NCBI GenBank assembly: GCA_038087875.1
Contig: CM075980.1
Span: 930,001-994,000 of the forward strand
DNA from: Malacoraja senta
Taxonomy: Eukaryota
DNA length: 64,000 bases
Reading direction: 5' to 3'
Shown: positions 1-14,245 of the stretch, in pieces
How positions within the stretch are numbered: position 1 is the first letter of the stretch
Layout of the letters: each line of letters begins with the position of its first letter
Program-made: the position numbers and the translations under genes
The notes under the pieces: generated by a model
What the model saw: the letters and a program-made list of their open reading frames with translations, nothing else
Database searches by the model: none
What the model was told of the DNA's origin: nothing

Positions 1-430
1 GGGTGGAGGATGACGGCAGGTGGAGAGATCGTGGGAAAAACGGGAGCACGCCGGGACGAGTTAAATCAGTTGTGATCTTATTGAATGACAATACTAGTTC
101 AAGGGACCAATTGGGGGGAGAGTTCCTTTCACAGCATGTGGGGAGTCTGGCCAGGGGTAAAGTTGCGGGGAGGGCAGGAGCATTGAGAAGGAGGGGTTCG
201 GGGATCATGCCAGTAACTCGCTTATTCACCGCTGCTACGACGCTCCGGGCGCGGAGCCACCGCATTGTGGCCGGGGAGGGAAGTAGCTCGTTCTTGATGT
301 TACTGCATTGAGGGATAGCCAAGTCTATCTTTCTTGGCTAACAGCCTAACCTTCGGCGTCCAAAATGCAGGTAAATTTTCGTGCCTTATTTTTGAGTAAA
401 AAATAGTGTATTCATGGCCGGGAAATACGG
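1..430. mobile_element. Right end of a pogo/Tc2-like non-autonomous DNA transposon
   Basis: Ends in GGAAATACGG followed by TA (a CCGTATTT-type terminus with a TA target); GC-rich interior. Confidence 0.5.
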
Positions 431-566
431 TATTTAAAAACATATAGCACAGCGAAATTTACGTACCACATTATATGTACATGAACTCCATTCGTCTCTC
501 TTTGTTTCTTAAGATACTCTTAAGATAATGGCAATCCATGTTTGAAAAACCCGCCAAGAAACTTGC

Positions 567-625
567 GCTGCACATGCTCAGTAAGCTGCTGCGCATGCTC
601 AGTAAGCTGCTGCGCATGCTCAGTA
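567..625. repeat. 21-bp tandem repeat (about 2.8 copies), GCTGCGCATGCTCAGTAAGCT
   Basis: Units at 567-587, 588-608 and 609-625. Confidence 0.9.
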
Positions 626-844
626 CACAGTCCATGGTGCAAAGGCAGAATTTCAGCTCCCCTTGTCCGTGAAGGTTTGAAGTCGCGTCGACGGCACCCG
701 AGCTGCACACACTTTCGTGTGTTACAAGTACTGTGGATGAAAGGCACGGAGAATTATGCCTAAAGAGATCGATCTCTTAGGTAAGCATAATTCTCCCGTG
801 CCTTTACTATTTATATTTAATAATTACCATTTTATAATTTTAGT

Positions 845-890
845 CAGGATAGGCAGTGCCTACCTTGCCTGCCCTGACGGTACGTGCCTG
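845..890. mobile_element. Probable terminus of a hAT/Harbinger-like DNA transposon
   Basis: AGGCAGTGCCTACCTTGCCTGCCCTGACGGTACGTGCCTG resembles subterminal/terminal motifs of fish non-autonomous DNA elements. Confidence 0.35.
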
Positions 891-2802
891 CCTCAGAGGG
901 TCTTGGGTCAGGTTCAGGATGCAAAATATTTTTCCATGGAGGAAACTGATAACAAGGGGCTACACTGTTGGGATAGCAAGAGGTAATGGCAAAATATAGC
1001 AAAGTAAATCAGAACCTTTTGGTTAAAGTTCCTTGAGGGAGAGAAGACAAGAATTGTTACAGGCCCACATTCTGCAAAACAAGCCACCACCATCACCCTT
1101 GGCTTCTGCCACAAGCCAATTTTGCACCTATTTGGTGAGCTCACCCTCGATCCGATGTGTTCTTGTGGATCAGCCAACCATGCAAATCCTTGCCAAAGGC
1201 CTTGCTAAAGCCATGTAGACAATGTCTGATGCTCCAACCTCCCCCCCTGGCCCTCCCCTCCCTTCTACTTTATAAAGTAATTCCTTGAAGTATATCAATA
1301 TTTTCAGGGAATTCATCACGCCAACGTTTTTAAACCAATGATTTAGACATAATTGAGTCCCAGCTATTTTCAGCACCTGCTGCTGCGATGTTAACATATT
1401 CGATTGCTGACGGTGTAACTGCATGCTCATCTTGGTGTAGCTCCAATGTTAACTGACCCAGTTCCAGAAAACTGCAGAACATTTCTCGCACCTCTTCACC
1501 TTGACACCCACATCCCTATCAACATGTGTAAACTTCATCTAAACATTTAAAATAATATTTAGTGTTTTCACCCTTCAAGAGACTTTGCACTGTCTCCAAT
1601 AAGTCAGAATTTAGCTGCAGAATTCTCATTTAAACAAAATAGTTGATAGTTGTGTCAAACAGAAATGAGACAATTTAGACTTTAGGTCTGTGCAGTTGGA
1701 AATGTACCCTAATTTGATATTCAAAACTGACATCTAAAGAACACCTTTGCCTGCCTAGGTTTGTGCCTTAGGGAGGAATAACGAGACGTTGTAGTCAAAG
1801 TCTTATGATGCAGCATTGCTGTTGGATGTAGAAATGTCAGAAGAAGACGGTATGGATCGGGGAAATAGTGGAAGAGTGCAATGTGTATTGATGGGTTTCA
1901 ATGCTGTCAGTTTCCAGGGACGTGTGAAAGGGGTAAATCAGTAACGTTACTGAGTCGTCATTGTAAAACTTTTTTTTAAAGGTAATTCATGTTTGGATCC
2001 GTACGGGAATGTTATGCTCACAAAGCTGATTGTAATACAGCCAATATAGTAGATAGACTACTATACACTATACTATACTACTATTCCAGCATCTGCAGTT
2101 ATTTCTTAAACAGTCAATATATAGTGATCGAGTGGTCATTTTGTAACCAATGATCTTGTGTGCCAAAAGGAACAATCACCTGTTTTGTTCCCCCTGCTCA
2201 AGACTAATTGTAGATTGGGTCTGGGAGCAGACAAATTCAGCCTAATCTATTGCACATTTTGAAGTCTGACCATTTATTTTCTTTGTATGTAAACATACAT
2301 TAAATGTAACAACTTTGCTCAATATTCTAGCACTACTCACTTTGGAGCAAATTGCAATTCACTGTGAACAGCCCTATAAGCAATTTATGAAAATAAAAAA
2401 ATATTCCATTAGAATGGATGGTATAGAATATATATTTGAAAGTCAAAATATTCATAAGGCTCCACAGGTGCAGATTAGAATCAGATAGGGGTTGTCTGCA
2501 CATTTATAGTAAAGTACAGGTAAAATTAACATTTTTGCTTGCAGCAGTATCACAGGCATATAGACTCGGCCAATACACACAAATATCAATTATACATAAT
2601 TTCTACAAGACAATGAAAAGAAAAAGACTGACAGAAAACAAGATATTCGTTTTATTAGGCCTTCTACACTCCCATTTTCACCTCCTTCAAGACCCCACTA
2701 CAGCATCCTAAATCCTCAGAACCCATTCTCATCAATCCCGGGGCTTGTTCACTTCCTGTTGTGCAAAGTTTGGTGATCAATTCAGAACGTGTGACGAAGA
2801 GA

Positions 2803-2933
2803 TGTGTAGGAAGAAGGAACTACAGATGCTGGTTTAAACTGAAGATTGACAAAATGCTAGAGTAACTCAGTGGGACAGGCAGCATCCCTGGAGAGAAGGA
2901 ATGGGTGACGTTTTGGGACGAGACCCTTCTTCA
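2803..2933 (-). repeat. Penelope-like terminal repeat copy with a degenerate hammerhead motif
   Basis: Matches the window consensus ...GCTGGAGTAACTCAGCGGGACAGGCAGCATC...GGGTGACGTTTCGGGTCGAGACCCTTCTTCAG. Confidence 0.8.
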
Positions 2934-5114
2934 AAAGATTAATGGATTTGAGCAGTATTTGGGGGAAATGGTAATTAAGTTTACTTTTTAAGAATGAATA
3001 TCTTTAAAATTTTACAATGGGAGCATGCTCAGTAATGTACTGCCATTCATATACATTTTTCACCATGGACTAATGTCAATTCAAAAAAGGAAGTTATTCC
3101 ATTTTACTTCTTAAAACCTCTGAGATTTTGTTTTACTTATTTAAAAGCAAGAAGTTGCCCATTATGAGTCTAGGAAATGATCTTTCTCAAAGAACAGTGG
3201 AAACCTGAATTTTTAAGTAGTTTTAAGGGAGTAGATGAAAGCAAGGGGGTGAAAGGTTACTGCATATTGAATAGTGGAGCAGGCTCACAGGGTTATGTTA
3301 GCCTGCTCCTGCTTCTAATTTGTCTGCACGTTCATATGTTAGGAATGTCTAATCAAATAAAAGAGGATCCTGAGCGTGGCCAGCAAGCAAACTGCCATAC
3401 TGTGAAGAAAACAACCACTTGGAGACACTTTGTGCTTTGCATTAACACAAATAATTCACTTGAGATCTGGATTGATTGTTGTGAAATAGGCAAAGTTAAC
3501 CAAATCGCTTTAATATGAAAATCAAATGCAGGTGCACTAGTGCTTAACTCTATTTAATCTCAGTTAAATGTGATTGAATACAGCCAAAGAGCAGGGATTT
3601 GGAGGTATTAGCAGATATATCAGTGCATCAGGATCTTTAGGAAAGAACATAGCTGGTGTTCATTGATTCAATAGAAAAGTTCGTGAAGCGCCTTGAGATT
3701 AGGGATTTTGAAGGCTTTAGCCAAGGCTGTTAATACATAAAATAAATGTATCCAGTCTACTTGTAGAATAGTGGTTGGAAAATTCAAGGTTGTGTACAGT
3801 AGCTCTCCAGTGAGGTGCAATCAAACAAATAAAAACGATATAAATAATTCATTGTGATGTTATCTGTTTTTATTGAACTTCAGACTGAAACCAAGTCTTT
3901 GTTTTGTACATTTCACAACTGAATTTATGTTAGACTTTATTTAATAATGTTTTTCTTGCACCAAAACACATTTTAAGAAATGTTTTAACTATTCTATTTT
4001 TTTAGAAATCCGCATCACAAGTATATTCAATTCAGTGGTGTTTTATTGTCTCGCGTGCATTGCACAATGAAATTCCCTGAAATGCCGTCATAACTCCGTG
4101 TGATCCTTTCAAATTGTATGGATATGCCTGTCTCAGTATAAACGGGTCAGAAATTGATTATTATTTGAAAAGAAATGCACCCTTTTGGCACTATGGCATC
4201 GCTTTTGGATCTGGTCTTCAGTTCAGTAAATATAGCTCTTTATCTGAACAAAATTTGCTGTGTTGTCCTATGATAGAACTGGAAGTCCAGTGAAATTTGA
4301 AGTTTATGGTTTTGTCGTTATAAATTATGTTCTCTTAATTCTCAGTGGGTCTTTTGTAAATGTTACCCTAAAGCTTGGTTTCCAGCAAAATACTTGCAAA
4401 GTATCTGAGGTAGAGAAGGCCATTCTGCCTATCGAGTATCTGCAAAGCAATTTAATCAGTGCCATTAACATTTTTGGTCTCTGAAGCCCTGCAGACTGAT
4501 GCTCACAATCATACCCTTGAATTCTATTCTAATACATGCATCAGTCCCTAAACACTAACTGTGGTCCACGTTGTCATTTCCTTTACCAGCATGCTACACA
4601 CATTTACGTGCAGCATTCTTGCTACCTCCAACATATTTGAAAATCACTCGCTGCTTATCATTTAAGAGTTTTCTAATGGACACCACTCAATGTTTTCAGT
4701 TGCTATCAAGGAACTGGGTACTTTTTAAAGTTAAATGCTATTCAGCCTGAGATCAGGATACTGGATTTTTTTTTGTAGAATGGTTAGTTTGTAGACGGTG
4801 AAGCTTTGATATTTGCCACATTTAGCTGCCAAATGAAGGAATAGATTAATTTTTCATATCATTTATAATGTGCACAACTTCATAGGGGAAGGCACTTGGG
4901 TATACCAACACAATTTCCGACTTTCACCAGAGGATATGATGCATTTGCCCGCAATACCTATAATTCAATTTATAAATGTGTTTGATATTCAAATATGGCT
5001 AAAATAACAAAAATCAAAATTATTGAAACTTATTACATTTTACAAATTTCCGAAAATAAGATTAACTTTCCCTTTGACTCGAGATCTTTGTCCTACAATC
5101 CCCATTGAAATTAA

Positions 5115-5418
5115 GGGTGGCACAGTGATGCAGTGATAGAGTTGTTGCCTTGCAGCGGCAGAGGCCCAGGTTCGATCCTGACTACGGTGGCTCTCTAAAC
5201 AGAGCTGGTTTGTTCTCCTTGTAATCGCGTGGGTTTTCTCCGGGTGCTTCGGTTTCCTCCCACATTCCAAAGACGTGCAGATTTGTAGGTTAATTGGCTT
5301 TGGTAAAAGTGTAAATTGTCCTAGTGTGTAGGATAGTGAAAGTGTGCAGGGATCGCTGGTTGGCGCAGACTTGGGCCAAAGAGCCTGTTTCCGCGCTGTA
5401 TCTCTAAATGAAAGTAAA
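5115..5418 (+). mobile_element. tRNA-derived SINE (HE1/V-SINE-like) with CR1-type tail
   Basis: tRNA-like head with B box GGTTCGATCC; V-domain GGGTTTTCTCCGGGTGCTTCGGTTTCCTCCCACATTCCAAAGAC; tail GCCTGTTTCCGCGCTGTATCTCTAAA. Confidence 0.85.
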
Positions 5419-7215
5419 GCTGTGCGATCTCTTATCCTGCCCCCAGGTGATGTCTGGAGTGTAATGCTGGAGAATCGAGCCAGACTTCCAGACCTGTCAG
5501 CTGGACACAGACTACCTTGTTTTATGGTGCTTAAATCATGAAATTTAATTTTATTCGCTGAATACTAGTGTTTCTGGTCTTGAGATATTTAATAATACAG
5601 ATTAGAGATTCTAATGTACAATACCTATACACTGTATGGAAAAGTAAGCACGGATCAAACTTAATTGCCTTTGCCTCTTATTGGTCACCTCTTAACAGAG
5701 AAAATGTCTCTTCTGACCAGACGTATTTGGAAAGTGTTTGCAACCGGTGGAGCAGAATCTTGCATTACAATTGAAGCTTTCATTGCAGCATGAATGTAAG
5801 GGGAAACTGCATGTTTATTTTACTGGAATGTGGCAAGATGGAGAACGTAACATGCAGGAATAATGCCATAAAAATATTTGAGCATGGAAGCGTGTGGGAT
5901 ATATGGTTACTACCAATATCAACTCTTTCCCATAGAATGCTTCTATTTATAAAATGAGTTTGCAGGTATAGGCTTGGTCATATCTGCACACATAAGATAC
6001 TTAAGTGTACTTGATTTTAAGTCTTTGAAAATAATGCAACGATCTGATTCTCCGATATTTCAACATGAAACCAACGCATTTATAAATATTAAAACAGTCC
6101 CACTTGTTTGCTTGAAGACTTGCATGGGAAATGAGTGAAATATCAAAGAACAATTTCTTTTGATATACACATCTTGAAAGTTTCCACCTTAAGGACGGTT
6201 AAAACAAGAAGAAAGTACGCAAAGAAGTGTAAAGAGAGCAGTAGCATACAGAAGGGTGAAGCCTATCTTAATTTACTAACCAAAACTATCTTTTGCACAT
6301 TAAAAAGGTTATAAACTTAACATGTATGTGGTGCATTTGAAAAGTTTGGTCTTTCAGCAAATGTGCCACCAAGGTTTATACCGACAAGAGTGATTGCCAG
6401 CCTCCAATTTTTTGGTGTAAATAACGATGGGCTTTCTCATGGAATTTCTTTTTTTTTAATGCGGAAGATTAATCAGAAAAACTTATTTGAAATTGGAGAT
6501 GCACATGCCTAATTTTAATCACATAGATATATAGATTATCCAAGACCTGAAGACATTGAGTAGTAATTTCCGAGGATGTGCTGCACATAAGTAACTAAAG
6601 CATGTGCGTTGTCAGCATGTCAGATACTTGCTGGGTTAATCAGGACACCACCAAGGAGATTGCAATCGTGCTAATCAGGGTTTTAGTGGAATGGGCTCCT
6701 GGCGTGAGAGTTTCAAGCAGTTGGAGATGGTGCCAAAGGCAATGTGACAGATTTGCTGATACTGTCAATCAAGGGCCACATTCTTTATGAAAGCACTTAG
6801 CCTACCTGAGCAGCGTCAACACATGCTTTGGCTTGGCTGAGGCACATATGTCAGGAACTGGCAGCAATAATACACCAGTAAAACGATGTAGCTTCAACTT
6901 GTAGTTTAAATTCATCTTTTATAGGAACTCTTTACAGGTGCCATACAAAGCCTTTCACATTGATTGTGAAACATTGCTAACATAAAATAGCTTTTCCTTT
7001 ACGGTATAGTTCTTCCCCTCTCATCTTTCTCACCTACACCATTGGGAGAAAAAATGTAAATGCTTATGAGTGAAATAGAATGTCAGACTTCATGTCTACA
7101 GGAGGTTGTTCTGGGAATAAAATCAAACATTGATAAACAGATGGGAGAATCAAGGTCTTTCAAATACTTGTTAGCAGGACTATATTAAATACAGCAGGGA
7201 GAATAATGTAATAAA

Positions 7216-7560
7216 TAGGAACTACAGATGCTGATTTATACCAAAGATAGGCACTCAATGCTGGAGTAACTCAGTGGGTCAGGCAGCATCTCTAGAGAAA
7301 ATGGATAGCTAATGTTTCAGGTCAGGACCCTTCTGACTGATTGTAATAACGAGTGTGGGGAACAAGAACTGGAAGCAAGTAGAAAAAATCACAGGGCAAA
7401 TCGGGGCCATCGACAGATGTCCTCAGGCAAGGAGGTTCCCTGATAGGCCAATTGTTGGCTCGAGACGAGTTTGAGCCCAAGAGGGATATTGTTGAGAGCT
7501 GTGGAGCTGGTTAACGGACTTTTAGTGGTGGAGGGAGGAATAATGTGTTGTTTGCGGCAG
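7216..7560 (-). repeat. Penelope-like terminal repeat copy with extension
   Basis: Same consensus at 7216-7340, followed by purine-rich extension. Confidence 0.7.
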
Positions 7561-8208
7561 GTACATGGAAAGAAAAATATGCTTCAGTGTTTTGTTTAAT
7601 GACGAGTGAACATCTGTTTACATCAGTTGAATGTATTTATTGCTCAGCAAATGAAATTCATCAGGACAGCACATATCAGGTTTTGTATGGTCCTATAGTT
7701 ACACCAATACTTGGTTCCTTAGAAGCTTGTTTGTTGCACATTCCCCCTATTTGCCGCTGTCACTACAGCGCTACTCTGATTTAGTTCCAAATCCATTTTG
7801 ACAGTTTATAGAATGGGTTATATATAGAGAGGGAAACCAGATGTGACAGTCCTCAGTGGCAAATTCCAGTTGCCTGCAGCCTGAAGGATGGAAGATGAAC
7901 TGATCCCGATTTGTTTCACAGCTAGGGCCCTCACTAGTTAATTGGCTGCCAATAGCTTTACTAATGAATGATGATGGATGGGATGCAGGTTGCTTGAACA
8001 GGGCACTTAAAGCAATGAAAGCATCATACATACAGATATCACCTGAAGACAGCTGCTGAAGTAGGAAAGGCTGCAGCAATCAATGCCTTTGCTCCGTGTC
8101 CCTTCCCTAAGTGTTTCATTACAGTGCATGTGGGTAAGTATTGCTTATTGTGTCAAATTAACACAGTAGCTTCAATGTTAACTTTTATTGGCCAGATGAT
8201 ATATCTTC

Positions 8209-8440
8209 AGGTGGACACAAAACGCTGGAGTAACTCAGCGGGACAGGCAGCATCTCTGGAGAGAAGGAATGGGTGACATTTTGGGTCGAGACCCTTCTTC
8301 AGTTGGTTGTAAAAAAACAATGTAACATATACTTTGTTTTTTAAATCACAAAAGTACTGGAATAACTCAGTGGGTCAGTCAGGATCCCTGGAGAATGTGG
8401 GTAGGTGACATTTTGGGTCAAGACCACACTTCAGACTGAA
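8209..8440 (-). repeat. Two tandem Penelope-like terminal repeat copies (8209-8302, 8345-8440)
   Basis: Two matches to the same consensus. Confidence 0.8.
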
Positions 8441-9654
8441 TTTGTGTTGTCAGTCAATGAGCATCTGTTTGGTCCATAACCAACAGCTTCTGTCACCCGG
8501 CAGAATTTTCCAACTCAAGTGGGAAGAGATTGAGTTTGCTTATCTATATTCTTCCTACTGCGCTGGAACAAATTTATCTGCCTCTACTTCAAAGCACTCT
8601 AATCCGTTAAATTATTTCTGAGATAATGCTTTTATTCATGCTGAGATTCTTCAAATCAAAATTCTGGTTCTGGAGGCAAACTACCTATTTTCCAGTAAAA
8701 AGTTTAAGCAATGTGATATAATAGACTATATCAGTTTGTGGTAGTTTCTAGAATAAGCAGAATTTAAACACAAGATTATTATTAAACAAATTTCATTTAT
8801 AGATTTTTGGACATGAAATTCAAATCAGCTTCATAAAAATACCTAATTGCGATTTCATTGCAGTACCATACAAACAATTTCTGATAATGAACAATTTAGT
8901 ATTATGATTTTGTTCTCACTGCAAGCAAGATTTTGACTTGGGAGTAGGAAGAAATTGCACCTCATGTTTTATCAGTTTGATTGTTTCCATCAATAAAGCA
9001 ACTCAGAAGATCTTGTTATTGGTTGATGAGCAAGATTAACCAGTTGGAAGCAGAACTTGTTTCAGAGTGTATTTCATTCATTAACATTGAATTGTAGCTC
9101 CACTGGACTATTAACACTTGCGTAAAGCCAGTTTCTTGGTATTACATTGTTAGATTGCTGCCCAGCGACCATTTAATCTTTGTGCAACTGAAGGAATCAA
9201 TCAGTTGGAACCTTTCACATTATTATTTAAAAGCTGCAGTTTAAAGTTTAATTTAGCAGTACTATCTCTACAATTTTGTAGTTAGTTGAATTAAACCTGG
9301 CTGATCTGAAAAATGACTGAGGACTACTGATCCATCTGATCTTAAGTGGTATAGTAACACTTATTACTGACCCAGCAGCCAGGGTTCTGAATCATTGGTT
9401 TAGAAACCCACATTGAGTCCCACCACAGCAGCTGGGAATTTAAATTTAATCAATTAAATCTAGCATTTTCTAAAAATTTACTGTTGATAACGTTAAATAT
9501 GAAACTACTGGATGTTTATAATAACTCATCTGATTTACTAATGCCTTGGATATTACAGAAAATTTGCCATCTTTATCTAGTTCAGCCAATTCCTATTCTC
9601 CCCACATTCTCCTATTCTTTCTTTTCTTCCCCCCCCCCCCCCCCCCAAATGCCA

Positions 9655-9900
9655 GACTGTACACTGTCCTACGTACTAGGGGCAACATACAGTGTGCAAT
9701 ATACTGTGTACAACATACCGTGGCCTAGTAACCTACCAACCTGCACATTTTTGCTATGTGGGAGGAAATGGGAGCACTTGGGGAAACCCAAGCAGTCACA
9801 GGGAGAACATGCAAATGCCACACAAACAGCAGCAAAATTCAGGATTGAGCCTGGTTGCTGGAGCTACGAGATAGCATTTCATCCAGCTGCCCATTGTGCT
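9655..9900 (-). mobile_element. Degenerate HE1/V-SINE-like copy, apparently nested in an older SINE (about 9345-9995)
   Basis: Reverse V-domain TGTGGGAGGAAA...GGAAACCCA; flanks resemble an older SINE with an L2-type tail (GCAATTAAGGATGGACAA). Confidence 0.6.
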
Positions 9901-11232
9901 GCTCTATATGCTCGACTCGTAACTGCCTCTTCACCAGCAATTAAGGATGGACAATATATGGCAGCATTGTCAGCAAATCAACATAAGTGAAGAATCAGTG
10001 AAGAATAAATATAAACCCAAGTTTGTAATGTGCCCCTCCTTGGAGGCAGCTCTACCAGAATCTCTCTGTAAATATAACAAAAAATAGGTTATGGAATGAA
10101 TTGAGTTATCCATACTTGTTTCTTGAGGGATATTGGTCAATAAGTTAATTGAAAGCAGATCTTTGTTTTAATGGTGTCATATCTTTGGAGTTTCTAAAAA
10201 TGTGATGTTTATAAAAGGTGATTTTGCATAGCAGCTGAGGACTATTATTCTTCGTCACCATTGAAATCAAGCTGAAGATGCTCATTGTCACTTTTTTTTG
10301 CAAAGCCACCTGTAAACTCTTAAGGCATCATTTAATAATATCACATATAAATTCCTAAAAAAAAAGTGAAATCTGTTTACAATGAGCAAATATTGTTCAT
10401 TATTATTGGGGACACTCAGGCACTAATAATTGAATGAACTATCACGGCTTGAAGGGACGAATGGCCTCCTCCTGCACCTATTTTCTATGTTTCTATTTAG
10501 AATTGCCTTTTAAGTATTTCATAGCATAAATGTGTTAGTTAATAAATCTGACGACCTGGCACTTTTGCATCTTAATATAATCACTGGACTTTCATGGTAC
10601 CTGTAGGTACAGTATATACAGTAATTACATGCCACAATAATGCTCTTAAGGGACCAACTACTGATGTAATGGTTTAGTTTCCACTTTTGGAGCATGTGCA
10701 TGCATTAATTGAAAAGATTAATAACTTTCTGTTTAGGGAATGGGAGACAAAATCAATTCCTCAGGTCAGAGTGGGAAATGCATATTGTTGCTTCTCATTT
10801 ATTTCCTATCTACTCGTGCTGCTACTATGGTACAGTTTGAGTATAAAATATTGGTCTATGGTATACTTTAGTAAAATACTACTAATAAATTGCAGTACAA
10901 GGTTGTCTTTTCAAAATCGAAAGGATTAGCATAATATTGGATAAAATAAAATATTTTCAAAGGAACACCTAACATTCCAATACTCAAGAAGGACAAGATT
11001 GTCAAGAATCTTGAATCCAGTTATTACAATAATTATGTGATGACATTAATTTATAACATTGATCAATATTTTACTGATAGAAATAAAATGGAAGAGTACT
11101 TGTTTATTGTTGTTCATTGGAGAAATTTGGGCTAAATTATTTCCAGTGATTTAGTATAGTTTATTGTCACGTGTACTGAGGTACAGTGAAAAGCTTTTGT
11201 TGCATGCTAACCAGTCAATGGTCAATTTAAAT

Positions 11233-11327
11233 GAAGATAGACACAATGCTGGAGTAATTCAGCGGGACAGGCAGCATCTTTGGAGAGAAGGAATGGGTGA
11301 CATTTTGGGTCGAGACCCTTCTTCAGA
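11233..11327 (-). repeat. Penelope-like terminal repeat copy
   Basis: Near-identical to the 8209-8302 copy. Confidence 0.8.
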
Positions 11328-14120
11328 TGGATGCATTTAAATGAGATGCATCATAGACCTGTTTCTTCGGAAAGAACTACTGGTACTTTTTAATGCCTAA
11401 TGTTTAATGCCTAATGTTTACACTCCACATTCAAATAACCAAAGCAATATGAACCTATTCTTGATAAATGGTCAAATGTGTATCCGATCCAATTTTAAGC
11501 TAATCTTTTGTTCACAAACACTTATTCCGAAAACTCGAGTGTGATTGCCCCAAACCAAATAAAATAGATTTCAAAACTTTGTGTGCATCAATGCTGATCC
11601 TATTGTTTTTTTCCCCTTGGATTTTGATTAGAATTCAATCTTTTGCCTCGTCCATGGTACATTCGAAGATTGCATGACTCTGCCTTTGCCCATGTGGTCT
11701 TGATAGTTAAACATAGCTGGCGGTACTTCAGAATATCCTCGTATCTGCAGTGAAACTGCCATAAGTTTAGAAAAATAAAGCAGATGTAGAGAAAGCAAAG
11801 AATTAAAGCACCAAAAACATTTTTTGCTAACCACCCCAAATGATGCCAAATGAATGTTACATTTATGCTGTATTCATTATTGTATTGGTATTGACATTTT
11901 TCAATTAGTCTTTATGACAACCAGTCTCTGGAACCATGATTCTTGAAAATATGTTGTGCAACTAGTGTTACTGTAAGAGGGTATTTAGGGTGTTTTACTT
12001 TAAATTAACATGGGCTCATAATAAGTCTAAAGCTCCACCCTATCGTAGTTTATATTTTCCGACATGACACATTTTAAAACACTACATGAGTGTTTGCAAA
12101 CTCTGTACGTGGCATTTACGGTTAGCTGGCCGACTATCCTAAGTACATAAAAAGAATAACTAAATCTGTTGGCAGCTGTTGAATAATAAATTAGCTTGAT
12201 GCACTGATTCACCTCGGGAAAGTACTTCAAATGTTAATGTTCCTTACAGATGTGTACAAGGAACAAAACACATGGAAAGGATTGCTAATTACTGCATCAA
12301 AGTAAAATGTGTCCCCTGATCTTTCCCTGTATGATCTCTGATGATTGCATGGTTTGAACTAGCTAACAAAAATGAACCAAAAGGCCCTGGTGCCTGATAG
12401 CATTTATACAACATCTGTGGTAGAATAACTGATATTTGATTTCCTCTTTTAAAAATGATTAAGCTATATATATTCACTATTTTTCAACATCGATGTTTAT
12501 CTGGTTTCCTATTTAACCCTAACGTTTGACATTCCCATCGATGAAGAATTAAACTGTTTGGATGAGATGTGACCAAACTTTGCACGATCTTGAAAAATCA
12601 ATTGTTGACTGAGCTGGATATATTTGATGGCTTTCTCCAATTTGAAAGTATTTTAACTACAGTATGGTAGTCTTCCTGCACAAAGCTCTATGCTTTCTCA
12701 AGTTTGTGAGTTATGTGGAATTGTTCCCCTTCCGTTATTATTTCGAAGCAGGAATGTGTATAAGGAGATAGAAAGCTCCGGCTATCATTGGAATTCTTGA
12801 GTATAAATCACTCATGAAGCAAACTGCAACATAGGCACACAAATGGCTTTGCAAATTGCAACTGGATTAGACATTGCCCATGCTGGCCCATTAGTTACAG
12901 AGTGGATTTTGTGCATCCACCAACTACTAATCAAGGTGAAAACAGATTATCAGTGAGACAACTCTATCAGACAAGTTCCAGCAAGTTGACTGAGAGTTTG
13001 CCTCCAAAAATACTGTTTCACTTTCCATGTTGAGTTGCAGCTGTTTCCATATTTAAACAGCATCTTAATTTTGTGAAATGGCCCAGGGCACTTTATAATC
13101 TGACAAGAGTGGTGCTTGGACCAAATGAGACATTAGATTAGATTTGACAGACTTTGGATGAGTTCATTGGACACCAGTTTCAAGCCCGAGTCTCGCAGTG
13201 AGATTTGGACATTAATAATATCAGTTTAGGAAAATGTTTTTTTACCAGAGCCAAGAGAGCTTAAATGAGCATATGTCAAAAACAAAGAGCCAAAAAATTG
13301 AAAAAGGTTTGCAGTAAGTAATTTATTGGTAATGTTTTACTTTTGGTTGCCCTTAACTTAATCCATTCATTAGCCAAGGAATAAAACACTACACTGAAGA
13401 GTACCTAAATAAATGAATTGGATAAGGTCACATGGGGATAGCAGGACAGATAATGTACAACAACTACACGTGTGTGATCCTAGGTTTAGATGTAGGTTTA
13501 AATTGATTATTGTCATATCTACAAGGTTCCTTGTTTTGCATGCTATCAAATCAGATAATCCTATACATATATATACATATATACCATCAAGTCTAACTCG
13601 TACAATAGGTAGAACAAAGGGTAAGATGCAGGAGCAGAATATAGTTCTCAGCATTGTAGCGCCTCAGGTCTAGAGACAAAGTCCAATGTGCACATTGGGG
13701 GAGACGTAAGTCGGACTGTACCCTAGAGCCCGATAACCAAGGGGAAGCTATCATTGGAATTCTCCTGGAAACCATTGTGATTTCCAACACGCACATATGT
13801 ATGTGATGTGCCTGTAACTTGAGGAGTTTCAGCTCAGAACTGTGGAGCTGAAGTCTGAACTGCTTATGTTCGGAGGCATAAAGGAAGGGGAGAGCTACCG
13901 AGACACTGATCCAGGAGATATCACAACCCTTGCGTTAAGTCGTGGTATTCATCTGGTTAGTGGTCTGCTGGGATCAAGTAATTGATAAAAATCTGCGAAC
14001 GTTTTGAAGGAAGATAGTGGCTTCAAGAAAATATAGACATGCAAAATGAATAATTGTGAAAACTCACATGTAACACAGAAAAATATGATGTTGTTCAGCA
14101 CAACTGCAATTCATTGTATA

Positions 14121-14245
14121 ATAAGGAGCTGAAGATGCTGGCTTATGCTAAAGATAGACACAGAATGCTTCACTCAGCGGGTCAAGCAGCATCTCTGGAG
14201 AAAATGGATAGGTGATGTTTCGGGTTGGGACCCTTCTTCAGACTG
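14121..14245 (-). repeat. Penelope-like terminal repeat copy with the best-preserved hammerhead core (14211-14245)
   Basis: Minus strand reads cagt-CTGAAGA-a-GGGT ccca ACCC-GAAAC-ATC-acc. Confidence 0.75.

Noticed and set aside
567-625. CRISPR-like array
   Set aside because: Contiguous tandem repeat with no spacers, in eukaryotic DNA
5115-5200. tRNA gene
   Set aside because: The tRNA-like head continues into a V-domain and LINE tail, so it is a SINE
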